Shown here: positions 1 through 7,938 of the stretch, piece by piece
Position numbering within the stretch: the first letter of the stretch is position 1
How the letters are laid out: each line of letters opens with the position of its first letter
Virus record (IMG/VR): IMGVR_UViG_3300001687_000017
Source: an uncultured virus (IMG/VR IMGVR_UViG_3300001687_000017)
Lineage: Duplodnaviria; Heunggongvirae; Uroviricota; Caudoviricetes
Length of the DNA: 64,000 nucleotides
Direction: 5' to 3' (one strand)
Translations under genes and position numbers: made by a program
The notes under the pieces: model-generated
The model's database searches: none
The model's input: only the letters and a program-made list of their open reading frames with translations
What the model was told of the DNA's origin: nothing

Positions 1-303
1 GACAGTGGTTGTTACGGCAGCCTCTTCTCGGCGGACTCGTGGCTTGCGCTTTTCAACCTCCCCTACGGCGCGTTCGCTTTTGACAAATTCCTTGACCCTC
101 CAGATGCGCTGTTTGTCATCGCTGATGCGGCGCGTCACGATTGGAATGCCGATGCGCTTGGATGCTGCGTAAACATTTCGGAGGTCCTTTCGAGTGCAGA
201 CAAAGCTGTCGCCGATTTCCATTGAGCGCAGCAAAGCCGTCAGCCCTTCCCGCTCGCGGCTGATTTCGGGAATCGGTATGCCCTTTTCGATCTTGTACTG
301 CAT
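1..303 (-). CDS. small phage protein, possibly DNA-binding (runs off window start)
   Basis: Read by hand from ATG at 303: MQYKIEKGIPIPEISREREGLTALLRSMEIGDSFVC...QRIWRV. Matches the common small phage 'KIEKGIPIP..MEIGDSF..RVWR' pattern. GTTCT motif 12 nt upstream. Not in ORF track. Confidence 0.75.
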   Translation of the reverse strand, partial: MQYKIEKGIPIPEISREREGLTALLRSMEIGDSFVCTRKDLRNVYAASKRIGIPIVTRRISDDKQRIWRVKEFVKSERAVGEVEKRKPRVRREEAAVTTTV

Positions 304-322
304 ATCCAGCAGAACAGCTTTT

Positions 323-407
323 GCGCGACTGGTTAAGCGGGAATTAGCAGACCCCACAGGTCGAGAGCCTGTGAGCCTTCGGGGTGCAAGTCCCCGGTCG
401 CGCACCA
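323..407 (+). tRNA. non-canonical tRNA-Leu(GAG)-like gene
   Basis: Acceptor GCGCGAC/GTCGCGC plus A-CCA; D-like arm GGG-AATTAGCAGA-CCC; anticodon arm ACAGG-TCGAGAG-CCTGT; T arm CGGGG-TGCAAGT-CCCCG. Has a 9-nt acceptor-to-D linker and no long variable arm. Confidence 0.7.
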
Positions 408-413
408 ACGTCC

Positions 414-490
414 GCCGCTCAAGCCACAGCAGACCGGCACCGGACTTTTAATCCGGCATGGTGAGGTTGCAACTACCTCGGGCGGCACCA
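414..490 (+). tRNA. tRNA-Lys(UUU), divergent
   Basis: Acceptor GCCGCTC/GGGCGGC plus A-CCA; D arm GCC-ACAGCAGACC-GGC; anticodon arm CCGGA-CTTTTAA-TCCGG; T arm GAGGT-TGCAACT-ACCTC; 77 nt. Confidence 0.85.
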
Positions 491-1300
491 TTATTCGGGC
501 GGGTATTGGAGGTCCTGAGTGAAAATGACCTTGTCCAGTTCAGTGTTTGCCTCGCGGGAGCGGATAAGGAGCCGGTGAATTCCGGTGCTCAGATTCCAAA
601 CGCGCTGGCCGACGCCAGGATCGCCGTAGGGCACATCAAGGCCGCCACGACCGACGACCTTGATCAGCTCCCAGGTGCCGGGGTAAACCTCGTTCTGGCC
701 GGTATCGAAGATGTCATCGGTGGTACCGTCTTCGGAGGCGAGCCCCTCGATCTGAAGAAAGAAGCTGTCCTGGGCTCCGCTGTCGCTCTTAACCCGTGCC
801 CAGGCGACGTAGCGCCCGGCCTTGACCACGGTAAATTCGTAAACGGCCTGGCCTACGCCTGTTCTTGGAAAGGACAGGTAGGCTGATCCGTCAAAGTTGT
901 CGACGACGTGATTTGTGGCGCTGGTGAAGTTCTCGGCCTCGATCGTGATGGTTGTCGCCGCTTCGACCGGCTTGGTCCGATAGAAGCGCATGGGCAAACC
1001 ACGGGCCGTTGTGTCGATGACCAAAAGCCGCCCGGCAGCGTTTTGCAGGTAGCCTGCTTTGGACCACTTTGTCAGGTTGGTGCTCATGCCCAGCTCGGCG
1101 AAGTTGGTGGTGACCATCATCCGCATGCGCGGAGCGCCGTCAGGCACCATGAAGGCGATGCTGCCGTCGGGCAGCTCGGTCCCAACCAGGAAGTCGATCC
1201 CGTAAAAGAGCACGGGCGTTGGTGGCAGGGGAGGCATGGGAGGCAGCTCGGCAGCCTGAACGGCTCCGGCCAGGCAAAGTGCCAAAGCGAGTTTCTTCAT
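491..1300 (-). CDS. secreted protein with carbohydrate-binding-module-like C-terminal beta-sandwich
   Basis: Signal peptide MKKLALALCLAGAVQA; STNL..W..D..RFYR segment; IEAENF...GRYVAWAR...DSFF...GIHRLLIRSRE..LDKVIF is typical of CBM6/35-like folds. TATTTAGG motif just upstream. Confidence 0.7.
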   Translation of the reverse strand: MKKLALALCLAGAVQAAELPPMPPLPPTPVLFYGIDFLVGTELPDGSIAFMVPDGAPRMRMMVTTNFAELGMSTNLTKWSKAGYLQNAAGRLLVIDTTARGLPMRFYRTKPVEAATTITIEAENFTSATNHVVDNFDGSAYLSFPRTGVGQAVYEFTVVKAGRYVAWARVKSDSGAQDSFFLQIEGLASEDGTTDDIFDTGQNEVYPGTWELIKVVGRGGLDVPYGDPGVGQRVWNLSTGIHRLLIRSREANTELDKVIFTQDLQYPPE

Positions 1301-1330
1301 GGCCTAAATACGTCTTTTCGGGCAAATTAC

Positions 1331-1383
1331 TGCCGCGTGCTTTGACCCTGTGAGAATCGGTGCGAATCCGGTCGCGGCATCCA
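1331..1383 (+). pseudogene. tRNA-Gln(UUG) remnant lacking D arm and 5' anticodon strand
   Basis: Acceptor TGCCGCG/CGCGGCA plus T-CCA (U1-A72 as in tRNA-Gln); loop CTTTGAC; T arm ATCGG-TGCGAAT-CCGGT; only 53 nt long. Confidence 0.7.
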
Positions 1384-1518
1384 GTTTACCAATGAACAAA
1401 CACCAAAGCTATTTGGGGAAAGCGCAACACCCATCAAAATAGCAGCGTTGACAGCGGGAGAGAACCGCTTGCCAGGGCCGGGACAGTGGCCCCGCGCCGG
1501 GCTAGCCCGGCATCCAAT

Positions 1519-2073
1519 ATGAGCGTACTGACTGATCAAGTCCTGGTTCTGAACCGGCTGTGGCAAGCCATCGACGTAACGACTGTTGCCACGGCATTTG
1601 AGAACCTGTGCCGCGAGGCCATGACTGCCATCGACACCGAGAACATGCGTCCGGTGACGTGGGAAGAATGGCTCACGCTCAGGGTGCGCCCGGAGGACAA
1701 GACGATCGGCACGACCCACGGCCCGATCCGTGTTCCGGTGGTTATTTGCGCTGTGCGCTACGACAAAATGCCCAAGCGGCGTCCGACCAGCATCGCGGAG
1801 CGGGACAGCTACGTCTGCCAGGTTTCGGGCGATTTTGCGCCCGACGGCTCGGTCGACCATGTCATCCCCATCAGCCGTGGAGGCTCCAGGCGCGACTGGC
1901 GGAACCAGGCGTGGATGCGCAAGGACCTCAACAACCGGAAAGGCAATCGCACGTTGAGGGAGATGGGATGGAAGCTCATCCGGCAGCCGGAAGTTCCCAA
2001 GGAGCTTCCCGCCCTGGTCATCCTGCGGCGGCGCTACGCCGACCGGCCCGAATGGCAGCCGTTCCTGGGATAG
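1519..2073 (+). CDS. HNH endonuclease (McrA-like, VLVLN..WQ family)
   Basis: VLVLNRLWQAI, ERDSYVCQVSG, SVDHVIPISRGG, W.N, NNRKGNRT. Start placed at ATG 1519. Confidence 0.9.
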   Translation: MSVLTDQVLVLNRLWQAIDVTTVATAFENLCREAMTAIDTENMRPVTWEEWLTLRVRPEDKTIGTTHGPIRVPVVICAVRYDKMPKRRPTSIAERDSYVCQVSGDFAPDGSVDHVIPISRGGSRRDWRNQAWMRKDLNNRKGNRTLREMGWKLIRQPEVPKELPALVILRRRYADRPEWQPFLG

Positions 2074-2092
2074 CTGTCACAAAAAGTTAACG

Positions 2093-2121
2093 TTTACAAT
2101 TCAGAGCGCCTGCGCTATATT
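2093..2121 (+). promoter_or_regulatory. sigma70-like promoter
   Basis: TTTACA-17 nt-TATATT, 9 nt before ATG 2131. Confidence 0.6.
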
Positions 2122-2130
2122 GTTTACAGA

Positions 2131-2322
2131 ATGAGCGCAGGCGCTCCATGTTTTTGTGAGCTGTGCTGCCCGGACATCGAGTCGTTCGACCAGGTGAACC
2201 GGCCAGAGGACGAGCTTTTAGACGACGTGCTTGGGTCGGGTGCAGAACCCGCCGAAAGCCCGAGGCAACGCTCGCGCCTCGACCAAGAGGTCCTTCGACA
2301 GAACGATTCCGGCGGCGGTTAA
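2131..2322 (+). CDS. possible small Cys-rich protein
   Basis: CFCELCC motif and a good promoter upstream, but 105 nt overlap with the convergent gene. Confidence 0.3.
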   Translation: MSAGAPCFCELCCPDIESFDQVNRPEDELLDDVLGSGAEPAESPRQRSRLDQEVLRQNDSGGG

Positions 2323-3042
2323 GCCCGCAGCATCGCTGTAATACAGTTCAAGCGTGGCCAGCACGCTGCCGCGCTCGAAGGAGGTCTCGCTGACTCGATC
2401 TTCTTGGCTCTGGCCCCATCCGACGCCCAGGTTGAAGTCCGGCACGCTGCTTTTGGCCGAGACCTGCCCGGAGTCCACGGCGCAGCAGTACATCGCCTGC
2501 GGCTCGTCTCCCATCGACATGCTGGCAACCGTCGTCGGACTCGACATCACCGTGTAAGTCGGCGGCTCCCAGTCTGCCGTGGTGCCCCGTAGCGTGGTGG
2601 TGCCGTGATAGTGATGATGGTGATGGTGGTGCTCCTGGATCGTGCTCAGCAGCGATGGGAACTTCCAAACCTCGCCAAACACCAGGACGCCGATCGCGCC
2701 GAGGTTTTGATCGCCCACAGTTTGGCTGGCGTAGGCTTTGGTGCGATCCGAAAACACGAATTCGGAACTGCGCTCCAGGCTTTCCCGCCATCCTTTGAAC
2801 TCCACCGAGGAGTACCCAGGAACCACATAGCCTCTGGATTCGTGGGTGGCCGGGGAGCCGTCCACGACTGAAAGGCCATCGACGCTTGGCACGGCCAGGA
2901 CCCGCTGCGCGGAATTGTTCCTGAACCGAAGTGTAAACGTTGAGCCTTTCCTCCCCTCGATGTAAGCTCGACCTTGGTGACCGTACTCTCGAACCGGGCG
3001 GCCCGAGACCAACACAGACAGCTCGTAAGCTGCTACATTCAT
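2218..3042 (-). CDS. conserved hypothetical protein
   Basis: RVLAVPSVDGLSVVDG..RGYVV..GWR..F.F..AYA..N.G.IGV.VF.E pattern, as seen in large phages and bacteria; internal poly-His run. Confidence 0.8.
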   Translation of the reverse strand: MNVAAYELSVLVSGRPVREYGHQGRAYIEGRKGSTFTLRFRNNSAQRVLAVPSVDGLSVVDGSPATHESRGYVVPGYSSVEFKGWRESLERSSEFVFSDRTKAYASQTVGDQNLGAIGVLVFGEVWKFPSLLSTIQEHHHHHHHYHGTTTLRGTTADWEPPTYTVMSSPTTVASMSMGDEPQAMYCCAVDSGQVSAKSSVPDFNLGVGWGQSQEDRVSETSFERGSVLATLELYYSDAAGLTAAGIVLSKDLLVEARALPRAFGGFCTRPKHVV

Positions 3043-3119
3043 TTGTCCTTTCCTGCCGCTTTGAGCGGACTTTTACAGGCACGGGCACCATGCTCGTGCC
3101 ATTCTACTTACTGTAGAAC

Positions 3120-3548
3120 ATGACTGACGCAGAGATAGACGCCGAGCAGCTGGAGAAATCCCGAGTGGGTGACTGGCAGCCGCCGGTCGCGAGGGACGCC
3201 GAATACGCTCGGAAGTACGGCTATCGCATGGCCGCGCAGACCGTGTACATGCGCTTTGCCTGCAATTGGCACTACATCCGGTACTTCAACGACGCGGCGG
3301 CCTGCGCGGTCATCTCAAACATGCCGCCGACTTGGGAGAGCCACATTACCTACTACGCGATTCAGTGCGGCATGGCGCAGGGGATCATCGACTTGAGCCT
3401 TCAGAAGCCGGAGTTTGCCTACGTGCCGGATTGCAAAAAGCAGCAGTGCGGCCCGTGGGGAAAATACCTGATGGAGCAGCCTCCTCACCTGGCCCATTTG
3501 AACAAGAAACGACGGGGCTATCGTCCCAATCTTAAAGATTCTTGTTGA
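3120..3548 (+). CDS. hypothetical protein
   Basis: ATG-started 142-aa ORF filling an intergenic gap; its TGA stop lies in the next promoter. Confidence 0.6.
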   Translation: MTDAEIDAEQLEKSRVGDWQPPVARDAEYARKYGYRMAAQTVYMRFACNWHYIRYFNDAAACAVISNMPPTWESHITYYAIQCGMAQGIIDLSLQKPEFAYVPDCKKQQCGPWGKYLMEQPPHLAHLNKKRRGYRPNLKDSC

Positions 3549-3573
3549 CCGTTTACATTTTTGACTCCATGCT
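3545..3573 (+). promoter_or_regulatory. sigma70-like early promoter (leaderless)
   Basis: TAAAGATTCTTG followed by TTGACC-17 nt-CATGCT, then 6 nt to ATG 3580. Same architecture as the promoters at 25599, 26036 and 26886. Confidence 0.65.
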
Positions 3574-3579
3574 ATCTGC

Positions 3580-4143
3580 ATGGATACGGTCACCATCATG
3601 CGCGGCTGGGAGCTGCCCTTTTTCCCGATGCGGCCCCACGAGGGTCGTCGCCTAACCCGCCGCAACATTCCTCGAATTCTACGTGAGCAAGACGAACACG
3701 TTTACATTTATCAGCCCAAGCTCAACGGGGATCGCGCTTTACTTGGTGTCGTGGGCCGCCGTGTTTACGTGGCGAACCGCTATGGTCGCTGGTACGGGCA
3801 CGCTGTTGGCAACGCCACAGCGTTTCTGAAGCTCAATGATGGGACCCTTTTCGACGGCGAAGTCTTCCGGGGACAATTCTTTCCGTTTGAATGTCTTGCC
3901 TTGGAAGGCCGCAGCTTCAAACCCAACACGATGGAGGAGCGCGAGATTCTCGCCGAGCAAATGTGCAAGCTGGTCGGCGTGCGTTGGATGTTCCCTAAAC
4001 CGACGCGGGCGTGGCTGCGAAAACTTGACGAACACATGCCCGTCTACGAGGGCCTGGTTCGCAAGAAGGCCAACGCGCCTTACACCATGCTTTCCAGTCC
4101 TTCCCAGTCCAGTCTCGATTGGTTAAAGCACAAGTGGTGCTAG
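3580..4143 (+). CDS. ATP-dependent ligase / capping-enzyme superfamily nucleotidyltransferase core
   Basis: Motif I QPKLNGDR, III LFDGEV, IIIa FFPFECL, IV YEGLVRK, V WLKHK. No OB domain. Confidence 0.8.
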   Translation: MDTVTIMRGWELPFFPMRPHEGRRLTRRNIPRILREQDEHVYIYQPKLNGDRALLGVVGRRVYVANRYGRWYGHAVGNATAFLKLNDGTLFDGEVFRGQFFPFECLALEGRSFKPNTMEEREILAEQMCKLVGVRWMFPKPTRAWLRKLDEHMPVYEGLVRKKANAPYTMLSSPSQSSLDWLKHKWC

Positions 4144-4161
4144 AATTCCGTTCTTAGGGGT

Positions 4162-4533
4162 GTGCCAAAAGGCCACCCTGTCATCAAGGGAAAGCTGCAA
4201 CGGGCGTCCAAAAAGACGCATCCGGGCCGCGTCTATCCTGTCAGGACCGATCTGAAGGGTCGGGCACTTCGTTCCTTGGGAAGCCAGTGGATTGACCGGA
4301 TCGCCCAGCTGAATCCAGACGCGGTTGTGCTGGACGGCTTCAACAGCTGCATCGTCGCCATTGCCCACAGGTTTGGGGCAGAGCCTGTTCTCGCCTACGA
4401 CATGGGCCTGATGATTCAGGTCCTGACTGCCGATGGAATGACCGAGGAGGAGGCCCACGAGTACTTCGACTTCAATATCATCGGCGGCTTCTTTGGCAGC
4501 GGCACCCCAATTTTTCTAACGACATCCAACTGA
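4162..4533 (+). CDS. conserved phage hypothetical protein
   Basis: LDGFNSCIV...YD...MTEEEAHEYFDFNIIGGFFGSGTPIF, a widespread phage pattern. Confidence 0.8.
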   Translation: MPKGHPVIKGKLQRASKKTHPGRVYPVRTDLKGRALRSLGSQWIDRIAQLNPDAVVLDGFNSCIVAIAHRFGAEPVLAYDMGLMIQVLTADGMTEEEAHEYFDFNIIGGFFGSGTPIFLTTSN

Positions 4534-4552
4534 ACCTCTGTTCTTCCAGTAT

Positions 4553-5626
4553 ATGAGCGACAAATTGATGACGAACGTGACCGGCTATTACAACCCGAAC
4601 ACTTGGTCCGTCCATGTGTCGATTTCTGAGTGCAATCTTGGGATTACGCTCAAGCCCAACGAGTTTATCAAGGACAGGGCGACGGGAAAGAAAATCAACG
4701 ACCCGCTCCTTGACCGTTACTGTGGCCCGAAAATGCTGGCCCAGGAGACTGCGCCCGAGCCTGTCGAAGTCCTTCGGCTGCCCGTGGTGACCGCGATCAG
4801 GACCGCAGGCGCTGGCTACGTGGTGGGCCAGGGACACAAGGACTCGACCGGCAAGTGGCAGCCGCCAACGCAGTCCAATCCCATGCCGAATGAAGCCCCG
4901 CCGGAGAGCCGGGCGTCGATACGTGCCATGTCCGTTGAGGAGGCGCGCAAGGCCGGGCTTATCGGCAAGCCAAGAATTCTGCCGGAGGATTATGGCGCGA
5001 CGGACACCGACGGCGCTCCCACACGCGGCGATGCCATTCCCAAGATCAAGTACTCGATGGAAAGCCGTCCCAAGGTTCAAGCGGGCGAACTTCCGAAAGA
5101 GCTGGTCGAAGGCGTGGCACCCCAGCATAAGGCGCTGCTCGCAGGTTTGAAGGCCCAAGCATCTCAGGCTGCCGAAAGTGCGGATTTGTCGGCCAAGGCC
5201 GCCGAAAGCGCTGTTCAGGCCCAGCTTGGCGCTGAGGGCGTTCGCGAATTCAGGCAGGAGAAGAAGACCCTCAAGAAAGTCGCCAAAAAGGTCGACACCA
5301 AGGTCGCCAAGCCCGAGCCAACGCCGCCTGCCGCTGCTGTGGCTGAAGTTGCTGCTCCCGCACAGGAGGAACAAGGTTTACCGGAGCCCGATCTTGGCGA
5401 GTCGCCGATCGTCGGTGGTCTAGGCGATGAGGAGGCTGAAACGCAGGAGCCGCCGCTGCCGCCCGCCGCGAAGAAAAAGCGAGCCTCGAAGCCGAAAAAG
5501 AAAGTCCGGTGTGAGGACTGCGGCCAGGAGTTCGACTACCCGGCGTGGTTGAAGCGCCACGTTCTGCGCCACCACCCCGAACGTTTACAGGCAGCCGCAC
5601 CGCCCGCCGCCAAGACAGCTCCGTAG
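4553..5626 (+). CDS. hypothetical protein with C-terminal C2H2 zinc finger
   Basis: CEDCGQEF....LKRHVLRHH; Pro/Ala/Lys/Glu-rich linker. Confidence 0.8.
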   Translation: MSDKLMTNVTGYYNPNTWSVHVSISECNLGITLKPNEFIKDRATGKKINDPLLDRYCGPKMLAQETAPEPVEVLRLPVVTAIRTAGAGYVVGQGHKDSTGKWQPPTQSNPMPNEAPPESRASIRAMSVEEARKAGLIGKPRILPEDYGATDTDGAPTRGDAIPKIKYSMESRPKVQAGELPKELVEGVAPQHKALLAGLKAQASQAAESADLSAKAAESAVQAQLGAEGVREFRQEKKTLKKVAKKVDTKVAKPEPTPPAAAVAEVAAPAQEEQGLPEPDLGESPIVGGLGDEEAETQEPPLPPAAKKKRASKPKKKVRCEDCGQEFDYPAWLKRHVLRHHPERLQAAAPPAAKTAP

Positions 5627-5636
5627 ATACGGAGCT

Positions 5637-5852
5637 ATGACCTACCGCGAAGCGTATTCCCTGCTGGAGCTTTTCGTTCAGCGCTGCTCCAGGCGCGCCC
5701 TTGCTGATCCATGCAACGCTAGAGCCTGGGAACGCGCAGCGCACATGGAATTGGAATTGGTGCGCCAGGAGGCCCTTAAAGAGGTTCCGCAGAGCCACAA
5801 GCCTCCAAAAAGCGTGGACGACGAGGCGAATTCACAGGTTGGAGGTAGTTAA
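5637..5852 (+). CDS. hypothetical protein
   Basis: GGAG before ATG; fills the gap between neighbouring genes. Confidence 0.5.
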   Translation: MTYREAYSLLELFVQRCSRRALADPCNARAWERAAHMELELVRQEALKEVPQSHKPPKSVDDEANSQVGGS

Positions 5853-5853
5853 G
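5846..5853 (+). promoter_or_regulatory. putative late promoter TAGTTAAG (representative copy)
   Basis: Motif recurs just upstream of many structural genes (see findings). Confidence 0.7.
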
Positions 5854-5855
5854 GC

Positions 5856-6629
5856 ATGAGCTATTTCGGCCCAAGCAGTATCGCTTCTGATCCGGTCACG
5901 ACGAGTGCCGACTCGCCGGATTCGCTGCCGATGTCCGGCTTCACGCAGGATCAGCTGGCCGACTACATTTTTCGCCAGTTGGGCGCTCCGACGTGGAACG
6001 TGGAACTGACCAAGCAACAGGTGCTTGATGGGATCAACGACGCCATGCGTCTGTTGAGTCAGTGGTGCCCGAGCTTTCAGGTGGCCCAATTCATCCTCGT
6101 GCGGGGCCAGTTCAAGTACCTGGAAAACGTAAACGTCGAACAGGGCGTGATCGACGTTCAGTTTGTCGAGCCCAATCCGGTGCCGACGGAGATTTTCTAC
6201 GGAAACCTGATTAACCCGGCACCGCTGTTCAGACTTGGCCTCGACGAATACGACATTTTCCTCCGGTGGCGCAAGACCTGGCAGCGCGTGACGAGCGTGC
6301 GCCCCGACTGGTTCTACGATGAGGTCCGTCGGACGCTTTACATCCACAACCCAATCGAGCGGTACCAAGCCGCTGTTTTCTACTACGGTAACTGGACGGA
6401 CATCTCGAAGGTGCCGTCGCATTACGCCCAGTGGCTCAAGGACTACGCCCTGGAGGCGTCGCGCTTCTTGCTGGGTGAGGTCTGGATGAAGTTCTCCGGG
6501 GCTATTCCGGGGCCGCTTCAAAATCTCCAGCTCGACCAGGCCAAACGGAATCTGGCGGCGGAACGCCTCAAGGAGCTGCGCGAGCAGATCAAGGGAATGC
6601 AGCGCGCCGCGCCGATCATGATTGATTAG
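5856..6629 (+). CDS. gp13: neck / head-tail adaptor protein (T4 gp13-like)
   Basis: LADYIFRQLGAPTWNVELTKQQVLDGINDA...WLKDYALE...LGEVWMKFSGAIPGP matches the gp13 pattern. Confidence 0.85.
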   Translation: MSYFGPSSIASDPVTTSADSPDSLPMSGFTQDQLADYIFRQLGAPTWNVELTKQQVLDGINDAMRLLSQWCPSFQVAQFILVRGQFKYLENVNVEQGVIDVQFVEPNPVPTEIFYGNLINPAPLFRLGLDEYDIFLRWRKTWQRVTSVRPDWFYDEVRRTLYIHNPIERYQAAVFYYGNWTDISKVPSHYAQWLKDYALEASRFLLGEVWMKFSGAIPGPLQNLQLDQAKRNLAAERLKELREQIKGMQRAAPIMID

Positions 6630-7936
6630 TGCTCGCCGAGCACCGGGCCAATACCTGGCTTCTCGTTTACCAGCACGTCGCCAAGCCGCCGAAGCTCCTC
6701 CAGCTTTTCTTCAGGCGAGTTCAAGCCTCCGATCGCCGTATAGACGACCATTGCCTCCTTGGAGCCGCTGTAAATGCCCCGGTGAACCATGCTGCCAGGC
6801 TTCAAGAGCCGTGTCAGCTGGTCGAACGCCTGGTCCAGGTGCTCGTGCGGGACCGAGCCTAGAATGGTGCGGCTGGCAATCACCACCGCTGCGCCGAGCG
6901 ATCCGCTGCGCAGGTCCACGCCGCCGGAAAGGATGTTCTGCTTGAGATTTTCCCGGAGCGCGAAGCTGATCGCGGCAGCTTCCATCCATTTGGCGACCGG
7001 GGTGGCCCCAAAGACGATCATGCCGCTGTCCAGAATGGTTTTGAAGTCGTTCGGATCAAACGCCGTGTAGGACGACGCCTGCATGCAGACCGTGTTGAAC
7101 AGATCGAACAGCGAACAGATGCTCATGTTGGCCCGCTGCCAAAACGGGTCGATGGCCAGGCCGGGGTACAGGGCACTGATGCGCTCGTTGTCGACCACGA
7201 TCAGCGGCGAAACGTAGCCTTTATCCACCAGCTCGCGCAGTTCGCGCAGGACCCAGTAGGCATTGGCGTTGACGCGCTTGCCTTCGGTGACTTTGGGCAG
7301 GGCCAGGACGACGCCAACTTTGTCACTTGCGCACTTGTTGGCGATCTGAAGCTCGCGGGCGACGTGGACAAGCCCGACGACTGATCCCGCTCCAGTGCCG
7401 CCACCGGCTCCGGCGCAGATGACGGTTCGGTCATAAACCGGCCCGAAGCATCGGCGCATGAAGTCCAGCACATCCTCGCGCCGATCATGGAATATCTTGG
7501 CCGCAGCGGTGGGGTCCTTACCTGCGCCGCCGTCGCCGATCGCCATTTTATTGGGCTCCGGTAGCTTCAGGGTTGTTAGGTCCTGCTTGGCCGTGTTGAT
7601 TGCGCAAACGCGCCGGTAACCAAGCTGGTAAAAGGTCTGCGCCAGGCGTGATCCGCCTTGGCCCGCGCCGATAAAGGCGAACCGGAAAGCGGTTTTCTTG
7701 CCATCGGCAATCTCGACGCGTTCCTGGATTTCCGGCATTGGAATGTCCGGCATCTCCACATCATAGGCGGCGTCAACGGGCTCCGGCTGGGCCGTATCCT
7801 CGACCGCAGGGGCGGGCTCTTGGACCGCTTCTTGAGTCTCTGGAGCGGACGCAGTGATTTCGGCAGTCTGCGGAGCCGTTGTTCCAGGGGCGGGAGCCGG
7901 ATGCGGCATCGCTTCAATTTTCTTCTCTTCGCTCAT
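6626..7936 (-). CDS. tubulin/FtsZ-family GTPase (PhuZ/TubZ-like)
   Basis: FIGAGQGGSRLA, AINTAKQDL, GAGKD, tubulin signature GAGGGTGAG, VVDNE, FDPNDF. Confidence 0.92.
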   Translation of the reverse strand: MSEEKKIEAMPHPAPAPGTTAPQTAEITASAPETQEAVQEPAPAVEDTAQPEPVDAAYDVEMPDIPMPEIQERVEIADGKKTAFRFAFIGAGQGGSRLAQTFYQLGYRRVCAINTAKQDLTTLKLPEPNKMAIGDGGAGKDPTAAAKIFHDRREDVLDFMRRCFGPVYDRTVICAGAGGGTGAGSVVGLVHVARELQIANKCASDKVGVVLALPKVTEGKRVNANAYWVLRELRELVDKGYVSPLIVVDNERISALYPGLAIDPFWQRANMSICSLFDLFNTVCMQASSYTAFDPNDFKTILDSGMIVFGATPVAKWMEAAAISFALRENLKQNILSGGVDLRSGSLGAAVVIASRTILGSVPHEHLDQAFDQLTRLLKPGSMVHRGIYSGSKEAMVVYTAIGGLNSPEEKLEELRRLGDVLVNEKPGIGPVLGEH

Positions 7937-7938
7937 AA

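Noticed and set aside
1470..1516. A fourth tRNA (TGCCAGG...CCCGGCA-T-CCA)
   Set aside because: No T-loop or anticodon arm; kept only as part of the structured-element finding.
1519..2073. HNH as an intron-encoded homing endonuclease or IscB/Cas9-like nuclease
   Set aside because: No interrupted host gene, no RuvC motifs, and it is only 184 aa.
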